Assembly: GCA_022510525.1 (NCBI GenBank)
Contig: JAFLTH010000004.1
Coordinates: 3,248 to 67,247 of the forward strand
Direction of reading: 5' to 3'
Origin: Lachnospiraceae bacterium
Lineage (GTDB): Bacteria; Bacillota; Clostridia; Lachnospirales; Lachnospiraceae
Length of the DNA: 64,000 nucleotides
Below the pieces are notes generated by a model that saw only the letters and a program-made list of their open reading frames with translations, made no database searches and was not told the DNA's origin. Numbering within the stretch: position 1 is the first letter of the stretch; every line of letters starts with the position of its first letter. Of this stretch, positions 48,336 to 58,800 are shown in pieces. The position numbers and the translations under genes are program-made.

Positions 48336-51300
48336 TTATAACATAATCTCTTTTTCCAATGCAAAAGAATAAATAACCTTCTCTATATTATTCCTAACTT
48401 CACCGGATTGTTTAATTTTATTTCCAAGAATCTGTTCAAGTGCCTCGGCATAGTAATCCAGCTGGACATGATATCTTTCAATCAGTTCTTCCGTAGTTTT
48501 AACGGCATCGGTCTTATAATCCAGCACAATATATTTCCCGTCTTCCTCTATATATACGTCAATAATTCCCTGAATAAGGACGGTTTCATCCTTAGGAAAA
48601 TCATTATTCAGACGATTTGCGGAAATACCTAACACAAAGGGCTGTTCCCTGTAGAGTTTGCCTGTCTTTGCCGCCTTTCCCATCCTCACAGCAATATCAC
48701 TCTGTAAAAAGGACGTTATTTTAGAAACCGAAACCGCATCGTAATACGCCTGCGACAGCCTTCCATCCTCAAGCATTTGCTGCATTTCCAATCTTATTGT
48801 TGATTCAAGTACAGCCTTATCCGATTGACTGACTCTATCAGTTAATCTATTAAAATCCAGTAATTCCATTACCTTATGATATGCGCTTCCCCTGTCAGTT
48901 CCACTGACACTTGTGTCATTTTTAATAAATTGGGGCAGATAGGGAACAATCTTTTCTTCTTCATATAAGGGAAAGGAAAAGTCCGTTTCTTCATGCATTC
49001 CGGCTTTTTTTAGCTCTGACACTGTTGTCTTTGTATATAAATTCCTGAGATTATCGTATGGATACCGATAAGAAAACTTTTCTGACATAAGTGTCATAAT
49101 GGTCTCATCTATATCTTTTGAAGCATCCGATAGTAATAACCGCCTTTTATTATCTTCCCGCCTAATTGTGTCTTTGATTTTATGTTCAACAGTCTCATCC
49201 CAAGGTATAAACAAAATCTTCAAATCCATTTCTTCTTTATAAAACGGATTTGACTCATCGGGTACTATGTCATAAAGCCGCCATATTTCATCAAAACATT
49301 TATTACGTGCCGTTGCATACATAAGTATATCCAGAAAACTTCCGGCCTGCATTATTACAATATAGGAAAAACTATGTCCATACTGTCCCTGCAGCATTGA
49401 TAAAGATGCTATCTTTTTCTCAGGATTTTTTAATAAACCGGTAAGAATCAGCTTTTCTTTTGCCCTTGTCATCGCAACGTACAAAATACGCAGCTCTTCC
49501 GCAAGGTTGTCCTGCTTAAGTTTATAAGCTATGAAGTTTCTTCTTAAATTTCTGCTTTTTATTCTGCGCTTCGGGTCAACATAGTCTGCACCAATCCCCA
49601 GCTCCACGTCTAAAACCAGACTATCGCTAATATCACGATTGTTAAAACCCTTGGCAAGACCTGCAACTATACAGATTGGGAATTCCAGTCCCTTGCTTTT
49701 GTGTATACTCATAATCCGTACCACATCCGCATTTTCATCCTGCAGATTGGCTTCACCGTAATCCACATCATATTTTTCAAGCTGCTCTATGTAACGCAGA
49801 AAATGATACAAACCATAGTAACTGGTTTTTTCATAATCCGCTGCTTTTACAAGCAGCATCTCCACATTTGCCCGGCGCCGCTTTCCGCCCGGCCTGGCCG
49901 CTACGTAATCCAGATAAGAATATTCACGGATTATTGTCTGTAAAAGTTCGTGTACCGGCATATAGACTGTCATATCCCGATACTTATCCAAACATTTAAT
50001 GAATTCACTCAAACGCTTTGCAAGCTCCGGTCTGAACAATTCATGAGCCGACCGAATATCTAAATCCGGGCAGGCATCCCGAAACGTATCATCATCTTCA
50101 AACCTCAGCTTCACATATTCTGTAACAGCCTCATACAAGTATCTGCTCTTTGGAAAAGCTGCTTTTACCGTTGCAATATCCTCCTCTGTGAAGCCCCCAA
50201 AATAAGAATGCATAATCCCGTAAAACGGGATATCCTGAAGAGGATTGTCCAATACCCGCAGGAAATGCAAAAGCTGTCTTATTTCGGTCGCAGTAAAATA
50301 ACCTGTTTTGGAAGTTATATGTACAGGTATACCCTCACTTTCCAAAACCTGTTTAAACTCTTCATCCCAACCTGCCGTAGTACGCAGTAAAATTACTATG
50401 TCCTTATATGACGCCTTTCGTAACTGTCCGGTTTCCGAATCGGTCACTTGAAACGAAGAAACAAGTTCTTTGATCCTTCCTGCAATACCGTAAGCTTCCT
50501 GCTGCTTAGAGTCAATTTCATCGGACTTAGGCAAAAGAAGCAGTTCCGTAATGTTGTCCGGCTTATTTTCAGGGTATACGGCTCCGGGATATAATGCCGC
50601 ACTTTTGTCATACTCAATACCACCCAGCTCTTTGGTCATTACCTGAGAAAATACGGAATTGGCGCTAACAAGCACTTCCTCCCGGCTCCGAAAATTCTTA
50701 TGAAGGTCAATACGTATGTTGTTATTGTTGCTATTGCTATCATCATTACTGTCACAGCTTTTGTACATATAATATTTTTCCATAAAAAGCTCAGGTCTTG
50801 CAAGACGAAACTTGTATATGCTCTGTTTTACGTCACCTACCATAAAACGGTTGAATCTTCCTTCGGTTTCTCCGGAAATCGCAGATAAAAGATATTCCTG
50901 TACCAGATTGCTGTCCTGATATTCATCTATCAGAATTTCCTCAAAATAACTTCTATATTCCAGCGCAGTATCGGTCGGTACAATGCTTCCGCCTTCATCC
51001 CTTTTAAGCAGTATAGACAAAGCAAAATGTTCCATATCATCAAAATCTACTATGTTTTTAGCACGTTTACCCGCATCAAATTCCTCTTTGAACAGCAGCG
51101 TCAGATCCACCAGGGCACTTACGGCTTCCCCGCAGGCTCCCATCTGCAAAAGCACTTCTTCTGCCGTAGCCGCAAAATAATTTTTGTTAATAGCCTGAAG
51201 CTGTTCTTTGAGCTGTGTACGGATATTTTTAACAGCCTCACGCTTATTGACCGAAACGGTTTCATCCTTTTTGGATGAGAGGCGCTCAAATTCAAGCGTG

Positions 51301-52163
51301 CCGAATAATAAATATCTGTCCTCATAGCACTGCGCGGCGGCTAACTTTTCAACCTTCTCCCTCTCCTGCTCCAATAAGTCCACATACATATAAGGACCAT
51401 CGGCAGTATTACACAGGTCAACGCATTGACTGTATTGGTCAACAATTCCATCCAGAAGCACTTTAGTATTTTCCATCATCTTATGTATCCAGCTAAGACT
51501 CATCAATGTCGCGGTTTTATCATTATCAGACACTGTGTAATTCGAAGAACAAGCTCCGTCAATAGCATAATCCTTCTTACGGGCCATCAACCACTCTTCC
51601 GGAAACGGATAGCTCATAGCAAACTCATACAACTTAAGTATGATATCCTCCATTACCTTATCACTGCTGCCGGTACTGAAATATTCCATACATTGTAAAA
51701 AAGAGTCCTTACCTTCCGCATACGACTTTTCCAGTACGCTGCTTATCACATCGGCCTTAAGCAGCCTTATTTCTCCTTCATCGGCAATCCTGAAGCCCGG
51801 ATCTATGCCGATAGTATAAAAATGATTGCGTATTACAAAAAGACAGAAACTGTCTATTGTGGTAATCTGGGCATTATGAAGCAGAGCCGCCTGCCTCTGC
51901 AGGTGCTCATTTCCGGGGTTCTTAAGCAGTTTATCCCCTATTGCACTGCTTATCCTCTCCCTCATTTCCGCTGCTGCTGCATTGGTAAAGGTCACAATAA
52001 GGAGCCTGTCTATATCTACCGGCTTAGTCTCATCACTGACCATCTTGACAATCCTTTCAACCAGAACTGCCGTCTTTCCGGAACCTGCTGCCGCTGACAC
52101 CAGAATATTACAGCCATGCGTGTCTATTACTTTCTGTTGTTCTTCAGTAAACGAAAAACCCAT
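48336..52163 (-). CDS. addA: Helicase-nuclease subunit AddA
   Basis: AAAGSGKT, DEYQD, GDVKQSIY, HKSKGLEF, YVAMTRA; nuclease QGIID...DYKTD. Confidence 0.97.
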   Translation of the reverse strand: MGFSFTEEQQKVIDTHGCNILVSAAAGSGKTAVLVERIVKMVSDETKPVDIDRLLIVTFTNAAAAEMRERISSAIGDKLLKNPGNEHLQRQAALLHNAQITTIDSFCLFVIRNHFYTIGIDPGFRIADEGEIRLLKADVISSVLEKSYAEGKDSFLQCMEYFSTGSSDKVMEDIILKLYEFAMSYPFPEEWLMARKKDYAIDGACSSNYTVSDNDKTATLMSLSWIHKMMENTKVLLDGIVDQYSQCVDLCNTADGPYMYVDLLEQEREKVEKLAAAQCYEDRYLLFGTLEFERLSSKKDETVSVNKREAVKNIRTQLKEQLQAINKNYFAATAEEVLLQMGACGEAVSALVDLTLLFKEEFDAGKRAKNIVDFDDMEHFALSILLKRDEGGSIVPTDTALEYRSYFEEILIDEYQDSNLVQEYLLSAISGETEGRFNRFMVGDVKQSIYKFRLARPELFMEKYYMYKSCDSNDDSNSNNNNIRIDLHKNFRSREEVLVSANSVFSQVMTKELGGIEYDKSAALYPGAVYPENKPDNITELLLLPKSDEIDSKQQEAYGIAGRIKELVSSFQVTDSETGQLRKASYKDIVILLRTTAGWDEEFKQVLESEGIPVHITSKTGYFTATEIRQLLHFLRVLDNPLQDIPFYGIMHSYFGGFTEEDIATVKAAFPKSRYLYEAVTEYVKLRFEDDDTFRDACPDLDIRSAHELFRPELAKRLSEFIKCLDKYRDMTVYMPVHELLQTIIREYSYLDYVAARPGGKRRRANVEMLLVKAADYEKTSYYGLYHFLRYIEQLEKYDVDYGEANLQDENADVVRIMSIHKSKGLEFPICIVAGLAKGFNNRDISDSLVLDVELGIGADYVDPKRRIKSRNLRRNFIAYKLKQDNLAEELRILYVAMTRAKEKLILTGLLKNPEKKIASLSMLQGQYGHSFSYIVIMQAGSFLDILMYATARNKCFDEIWRLYDIVPDESNPFYKEEMDLKILFIPWDETVEHKIKDTIRREDNKRRLLLSDASKDIDETIMTLMSEKFSYRYPYDNLRNLYTKTTVSELKKAGMHEETDFSFPLYEEEKIVPYLPQFIKNDTSVSGTDRGSAYHKVMELLDFNRLTDRVSQSDKAVLESTIRLEMQQMLEDGRLSQAYYDAVSVSKITSFLQSDIAVRMGKAAKTGKLYREQPFVLGISANRLNNDFPKDETVLIQGIIDVYIEEDGKYIVLDYKTDAVKTTEELIERYHVQLDYYAEALEQILGNKIKQSGEVRNNIEKVIYSFALEKEIML

Positions 52164-52183
52164 ATTAATCTATATCCTCCACG

Positions 52184-55100
52184 TCACTTTTCCTGATCTA
52201 AATCCTGTTTCATCTGCTGTAGAGCTTCAGCTTTGGACAATTTTCCAAGCTTCCTCGTTTCATATCCGGGAATCTCGTCATCATAACCGCATATACTCTT
52301 ATAATCACAGTAAGTACAGGCACTGTTTCCGTCATGCTCACAGGGATTGACCGAAATGGTCCCCTCTATTATGCCAAGACCAAGTTCCTTTATTTTATGG
52401 TTTACATAATTAGACACTGTTTCCATGTCTTCTTCGTTTATGACACTTGAGTAAGCAGAGTAAGAACCGTCTTTCTTTCGTTCTACAGGGATAATATCGG
52501 ACTTATCCTGAAATTCTTTGTCCAGCAGACTGACAACCTTGTCGTTTTGACTGACCACTCCGGTCATCCTAAGTTCCTGTATCAGTTTCTGATTAAGCTG
52601 CTCAGGTGTAAGATTCTGTCCGTCTTCTATCATTGGGTCGTCTATATGATAATAAAGCATTGCCGCCGGCAGTATTTTTTTATCCGGATGCGCCTTCTGC
52701 TCTATCTCCATTGCGGCATTCATATATACCACCAACTGAAGCTGCAACCCATAGTATAACGCCGCAAGATCAAATTTCCTGCTGCCGGACTTATAATCAA
52801 TGACTTTTACATATACGACATCGTCATCAATACAGGTATCTATCCTGTCAATCCTGCCGCGAAGTTTCATTTTTTCTTCTTCAGTAAGTGCAATATTCAC
52901 AGAATCAAGCTCCTCTGCCATTGAAAAAGACATTTCAAAACGTTCCGGCAAAAAAGAACCTTTTTTAAGCTGTGTCTGCAGGGTATGTACGGTCTGATTC
53001 AAAATCCGTCTAATCCTCTTAAGCTGATACTGATTTCTGGAATTGCTGTATAAGATAGTCTCACCATAGTTAACCGCATAAGCCTCTATTGCCTCATCAA
53101 GGAGCTTTTCTCCTACATCCTCCGTAAAATCAAACCAGGTGTACCTACTGCCGGTAAGCTTATCCGCAAATAGCTCCAGTACTCCATGGAAAATATTTCC
53201 CATATCCACATTTTCAAAAGTATATTCCTTACGTTCGCTAAGGGACAGTCCATATTGAAGAAAATGTGCATAGGCACAGGCAGCATATTTTTCCAGACGA
53301 CTGACACTGTTTTGCAGGATACTTCCATATAAAAGCTTCGTTATCTGTCTGGAAAGCGGACTCTCCTTATATCTGTAAAATGCGGTATCTATCAAGCTGT
53401 CAACCTGATCTTTATATTCACTGTTCCTATGATAACTGTGGTAAAAGGTAAATAATCTCTTCTCATCTTCCGCATCCAGCATACCTGCAGCATACTCCCT
53501 AAGCAGCTCCGTAAAAAAATGCATACCGTCATTACCGTTTGCAAGCTGCTCTTCAACCGGAAGTCCCTCCGGAAAACGTCTCAAAAGTTTCGGGAAAAGT
53601 GTTTTTACAGTGTCAATAAGATAGGCCGGACGCAGGCTTTTACCGTCATTTCCAACTCTGGCATAGGATAAATATAAATCCTGTGCAGGTTTAGTCATAT
53701 TAAGATAGAGATAAAGCCGCTGAATATACATCTGCTGCCTTGGAGTCGGAGCAAGTTCCCAGCCCGCATCCTTTATAAATTCCCTGTCAATGTCGGAAAT
53801 AATTCCGCCTCCCGTACCGTTCTTCGGAATATTACCGTCATTTATTCCCAGGAAAAACAGTACTTTTACCTGTTTAAGTCTGGTTCTCTCGATATCACCT
53901 ATTACAACCCTGTCTACGTTCTGAGGTATGGTTCCCACAGTAATTTCCGAAAATCCCGCATCCAGAATATCCGCAAATTCCCGAAGTTCCATTTCCTCTT
54001 CATTTAAAAGGGATTCAATCTGATCCAGTAAATCTATAACAAGCCCGTAAATCTGGCCATACTCATTTGCCCTTGTCAGTTCTCCGTCACTCTCGAATTG
54101 TTTTTCAAATCGAACAAGCTTTTGCTGCAGCTCATTTTTTACCATAAAGTCATATAGTGCATGTACAAGTTCTCCTGCTGTCCTGTAATCAACAAGTAAC
54201 GGAGAAATCTGCTCCATAAGGGCTTCTCTCAGCCTGTTATATTCCGCAAGCCTTGCAACTCCTTCATCACCGTCTTCTTCCTTGTATACAAAAATCTCAT
54301 TCCAGCGTTTCCTGCCACATATGCCGAATCTTCGTACATAATTTTCCAAACGGTCAATCTCAGAGCGCTCAAAGCCGCACAAGCCGGCCCTCAGATAATG
54401 AAAGACCGCCTCTCTGCTGAAATCCTGAAGAACAATCTGTAATGCGCTCCGTATATATTCGGTAAAAGGGTTGTACAATATTCCCCTTGTCTTGTCCATA
54501 TAAACCGGTATACCAAATTTGGCAAACTCTTCCTCTATATCATTTTCATATGTTTCCATATTGCCTGTCACTACCGCTATGTCGCGATAATGCAGACCAT
54601 TTTGGTCAATATTTTCACAGCCTTGTTTTTCTCTCTCAAGTAATCTGTGTATTTCAATACATGTCTGTCTGACTTCCTCCTTCGGAGTCGATGCTTCGAT
54701 TAAATGAATATGTCTGACACTGTCCTGATAAGTCAATATAGGATATCTGAATAGCGACTGCTCCAAATGTGCAAGCTCAGGGGAATCTGCAAATCTCGGC
54801 AGCCTTCCGTCTATTTTATCCTGACATACAACAGCCGGAAGAATCTCTGCTCCAACTTCCTCACCAAGTCTTTTTAAATCAGCCACTGTTTTCTTACTTA
54901 AATGAAATAGTTTTTGCTCCCCATCCGGATAATACGGATTTTCCCGGGAATCTATGGTTATAGTTACAATGACCCGTTTAGTCAATTTTATTAATTCTTG
55001 AATTACCCGGTATTGTATCGGTGTAAAGCCGGTAAAACCGTCAAAAGCAATAACACAGTTTTTAATAATCTCAGACTTAGGCAGCGCTTCCATCAAACTG

Positions 55101-55645
55101 TCTAAAGTCTCTTCCGTTGTGATATATTTATCCTGTATATAAGACAAGAAGCTGCCATAAAGCAACTCCAAATCCTTCAATTTATAATAAAGCGCTCCAC
55201 GGGACTTCGAACATTCCGCAATCTTTGCAAGCTCTTCACACCCTATGCCATACTGCATAAATTCAGAGATTGCCGACTTAACCTCATGTATATAACCTAT
55301 CTTATGAAGGTGACTGCCCATAACATGAAGTCCATTTTGCTCTTTCCCTGCAATTTTACGCAGAATAAGACTTTTACCTGTATCATCTAAAACAGTCTTA
55401 TCCCCATTTCCAACCTCTTCCAGAATCCTATGCGTCAGTCTTCCGAAACTTAAGACATCTATATTCATAATGCCTTTGTTTGGATGCTCCAATACTAAAT
55501 CCATCTGAGTCTGCATAGTAAACTGATCAGGCACGATCAGTAAAAAATCGCAATCCGGCTCTGCAATTGAAGCCGCTATTATATCCTCATGAAGTTTTCT
55601 GCTCTTTCCTGCTCCCGAGCCGCCAAAATAAAACTGAAGCGCCAT
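52184..55645 (-). CDS. addB: Helicase-nuclease subunit AddB
   Basis: GGSGAGKS, VPDQ, DGFTGFT, GRIDRID, DYKSG; Fe-S cysteines (C...C..C.YC....C). Confidence 0.96.
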   Translation of the reverse strand: MALQFYFGGSGAGKSRKLHEDIIAASIAEPDCDFLLIVPDQFTMQTQMDLVLEHPNKGIMNIDVLSFGRLTHRILEEVGNGDKTVLDDTGKSLILRKIAGKEQNGLHVMGSHLHKIGYIHEVKSAISEFMQYGIGCEELAKIAECSKSRGALYYKLKDLELLYGSFLSYIQDKYITTEETLDSLMEALPKSEIIKNCVIAFDGFTGFTPIQYRVIQELIKLTKRVIVTITIDSRENPYYPDGEQKLFHLSKKTVADLKRLGEEVGAEILPAVVCQDKIDGRLPRFADSPELAHLEQSLFRYPILTYQDSVRHIHLIEASTPKEEVRQTCIEIHRLLEREKQGCENIDQNGLHYRDIAVVTGNMETYENDIEEEFAKFGIPVYMDKTRGILYNPFTEYIRSALQIVLQDFSREAVFHYLRAGLCGFERSEIDRLENYVRRFGICGRKRWNEIFVYKEEDGDEGVARLAEYNRLREALMEQISPLLVDYRTAGELVHALYDFMVKNELQQKLVRFEKQFESDGELTRANEYGQIYGLVIDLLDQIESLLNEEEMELREFADILDAGFSEITVGTIPQNVDRVVIGDIERTRLKQVKVLFFLGINDGNIPKNGTGGGIISDIDREFIKDAGWELAPTPRQQMYIQRLYLYLNMTKPAQDLYLSYARVGNDGKSLRPAYLIDTVKTLFPKLLRRFPEGLPVEEQLANGNDGMHFFTELLREYAAGMLDAEDEKRLFTFYHSYHRNSEYKDQVDSLIDTAFYRYKESPLSRQITKLLYGSILQNSVSRLEKYAACAYAHFLQYGLSLSERKEYTFENVDMGNIFHGVLELFADKLTGSRYTWFDFTEDVGEKLLDEAIEAYAVNYGETILYSNSRNQYQLKRIRRILNQTVHTLQTQLKKGSFLPERFEMSFSMAEELDSVNIALTEEEKMKLRGRIDRIDTCIDDDVVYVKVIDYKSGSRKFDLAALYYGLQLQLVVYMNAAMEIEQKAHPDKKILPAAMLYYHIDDPMIEDGQNLTPEQLNQKLIQELRMTGVVSQNDKVVSLLDKEFQDKSDIIPVERKKDGSYSAYSSVINEEDMETVSNYVNHKIKELGLGIIEGTISVNPCEHDGNSACTYCDYKSICGYDDEIPGYETRKLGKLSKAEALQQMKQDLDQEK

Positions 55646-55779
55646 TTTATTCAACCGTGCCTTTCCTATTTATCCCATACAAGTCAATTTCCACGATTCT
55701 GTTCAAATATTAACACACTCTATATTTCATTACAAGTATTAACTAAATTTAGTTAATTATATTACAATATAGTATATTA

Positions 55780-55847
55780 AAACCCCCTTATACCATAACA
55801 CAGCCCTGTCATTTCACAAATACTGTAGCTATAGCATAAGGGGGATT
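55780..55847 (-). terminator. Large-loop hairpin after the giant surface protein gene
   Basis: CCCCCTTAT/ATAAGGGGG stem followed by a T run on the minus strand. Confidence 0.5.
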
Positions 55848-55873
55848 AAATAATCCTAAAACTTTTGTTTATA

Positions 55874-58800
55874 TTATTGTTCAGTTTCCGGTGCGGTAAA
55901 AGTTACTCCTTTAAAGACTTTCGTGCCCTTATATGCACTCTTTTTAACCGCTTTTATAGTCACCGTATATGTTCCTTTTTTCTTGTCAAGCTTTACGGTA
56001 GCAGTATAATCCGTTCCGTCCGTAAGAGTCACTCCATTATAAACAACCTCTACCTTGTTTTGTGTCGGGTCTTTTATTGTTACCGTCATCTTTGCCGTCT
56101 TGCTTCCAAGGTTAAGTTGGCCGAATTTCACGGTGACTTCTTTCGTGGAATCATCGGTATAGTTTTTACCGTTTACCGCCTTAAGGGTAATCTTATATTT
56201 TTCTCCTGTTTTAATGCCATCCTTGATACTTCCGTCCGGATTTTTAATTGCGCCGTAATCTACGGTAAATTCCTCATCCTCGGTAAGTATATGCTTACCG
56301 TCTTTCACGGTGAAAGTAATATCTGAAACTTTTCCGGTTAAAGGGATATTAGGCACGGAAGCTACCTTCACCTTGGCAAAATCTTTTTTTCCGATATCAA
56401 ATTTAACAGGGGCGGTAACTCCATAATAACCTTTTCCTTTTTTGGTTACACCAACCACTCTAACGGTAGCGGCATTCTCGGCATCCTTACTGCAGGCATT
56501 TACATTATTGCTGTATATGACCTTGTACTGGCTAGCAGGTACCTTTACTCCGCCGTCAGTTACCGTTACTTTGGGTTTTTGCTGCTTACCGTTATAGGTA
56601 TATCCCTTTGCAGGTATTTTTAATTCTACCTTTACACTTTCGGCATTAATCGGTTTAATATCCGAAGTGCCCTGTATGGGTGCAAGGATATTGAATTTGA
56701 CGCTGCTCTTGGATTCAGTGCCGGAATCATAGTTTCCTTTACCTTTTACCGTTAATACAGACTGTGTATCAGCGGTCGGGGATCCTTTAGACGATAATAC
56801 CACCTCATAATCCACATCTTTTACAAGCTCATAAGTACCGTCCGTAACCACTACCACAGGATTTGGTTCTTCACCTTCAGTGTATACAATGTCGCCCACG
56901 GGCGAAAGTTTTACCTTTGCGATGCTCTTAGGCGTAATGGTAAAGTTCTTGGTAATATTACCTGAGTATTCTCCGATTCCCTTAACGGTTACGCTTGCGG
57001 TATCCACTCCCGCATCAACATTATTGGAATAACGAAGCGTATAATCCACATTTAATTTAAGTGTCTGAGTCTTAGCTTTGCCTTTTTCATCCGTATACTT
57101 ATATGCGACTACCATTACAGGGCAAATCTGTTCTCCCGTGTAGACTGCACTATACGTCTCTTTCTTCTTAGGGAACAGTACGCTGTTGATAACAGGTTTG
57201 TCAGATTCATCAGGTTCATCCGGTTTGTTATCAGGTGCAAAACCCTCAGCATATTTTACAACAATATTATAACCTCCGGCACCGTTTGATTCAGGCTCAA
57301 ACCATACTTTATTGTTATCATCTTCAGTATTATACTGCTTTGGCGAAGTATACCAGAGCCTTTTCATAAGTTCCATAACAGCTGTTTCATCCGAAAGAGT
57401 AGTCGTTGCTGCAAGCACATCTTCATTAAGTACTACATCCTCTACAGTATCCCACCAATCACCATTTTCCCAGAAATTCTCGCTGTAAGTCACAAAACGG
57501 AGACCTATTCCGTAGTTATGTCCCTCTTCCAAAGTTCCTCTCTCTGTCACATTACCTTTAAACGCCGGAAGCTTTGCCTTGTCGCTCGGATACCCGTTAT
57601 AAACTAAGTCGAAATAGAACTCATACTCCTCTTTATCCTCTTCGTTCCCTTCAGTAATACCCGCATCCTTGGCAAATACATTAAGCACTATGTCATTAAA
57701 TTCAACTTTATCCACTTTATCAGGTTCTTTGACAATAAACGTTGCGTGACCGTCTACCGTAAATTGTGAAATGTTTTTAACTCCATTTGCAAAAAACTTT
57801 TCAGATATTGAAATAGCAGTATCTCCGCTATCCGCACCGGTTACGCTGCCGTTTATATCTGCATTTTGAAAATATAAATCAGCACTATCAGATACTTTTA
57901 TATCACCGGCTGCCCAAAATTCATTAATAAAGATTACATCGGCCTTTCCCGATATATTGATATCTCCGTCAACTCCCGAATGAATAAATTCTACCGTAGT
58001 ATCTTTATCAGATGGCTCTTGTAAATCACCTGCATTGTTAATCGTCAATTTAAGTTCCTGGCCGGTTGGTTCAAAGGTCACATTGTCTATAATAACTTCT
58101 GTTTTTCCCTGTATGATCAATTCGTTCAGCTTCCAGGGCAGAAGTCTTTCAGTACCATTTTCTTCAGTATCAACTTCGCCATCACCGCTTGACACAAGCA
58201 GGGCGCCTTTGATATTGGCAGGCAGGGTAAGAGTCTTGTCTTCAAGCTCATAAGATTTCTTCATTGCCTGTATGACAACATAATTTACACCATCACCATT
58301 TAAGAAATCATCTACTGAATCGGTATCAAACCAAGCAATGCCGTAATTTTCTTCAGCTTCCCATATAGTGTCTACATCATTTTTTGCACGCTCAAAATCA
58401 TCAGCATTATTAAACTGTAAAACCCTGTATGCCAGTCCCTCATCAACCTGCCCTATCAGGATCCAGCCATCAGAATAATATGTACCATAATCTTTATTAT
58501 TATGATACCCTATCTTCTGTATCAGGTTTTTATCACTACCGCTAATCTTAGCAATCGGTGTTCCTTCTTCGAGCTCTTCATCTTCCGCATCATCCCACCA
58601 ATCATCATTTTCCCAGAAGTTTTTGCCAGAATCAGAAGACTTCACAAAACGCATATTTACCCCACAGTAAAGTTCTTCGTCTTGCAGCGCCGCATCCACT
58701 GTCTCTGTTATCTCACCCTTAAACACCGGAAGTTTACCTTCATCCTCCGGATATCCGTTATACACTATATCAAAATAAAACTGATATGATCCTTCATTCT

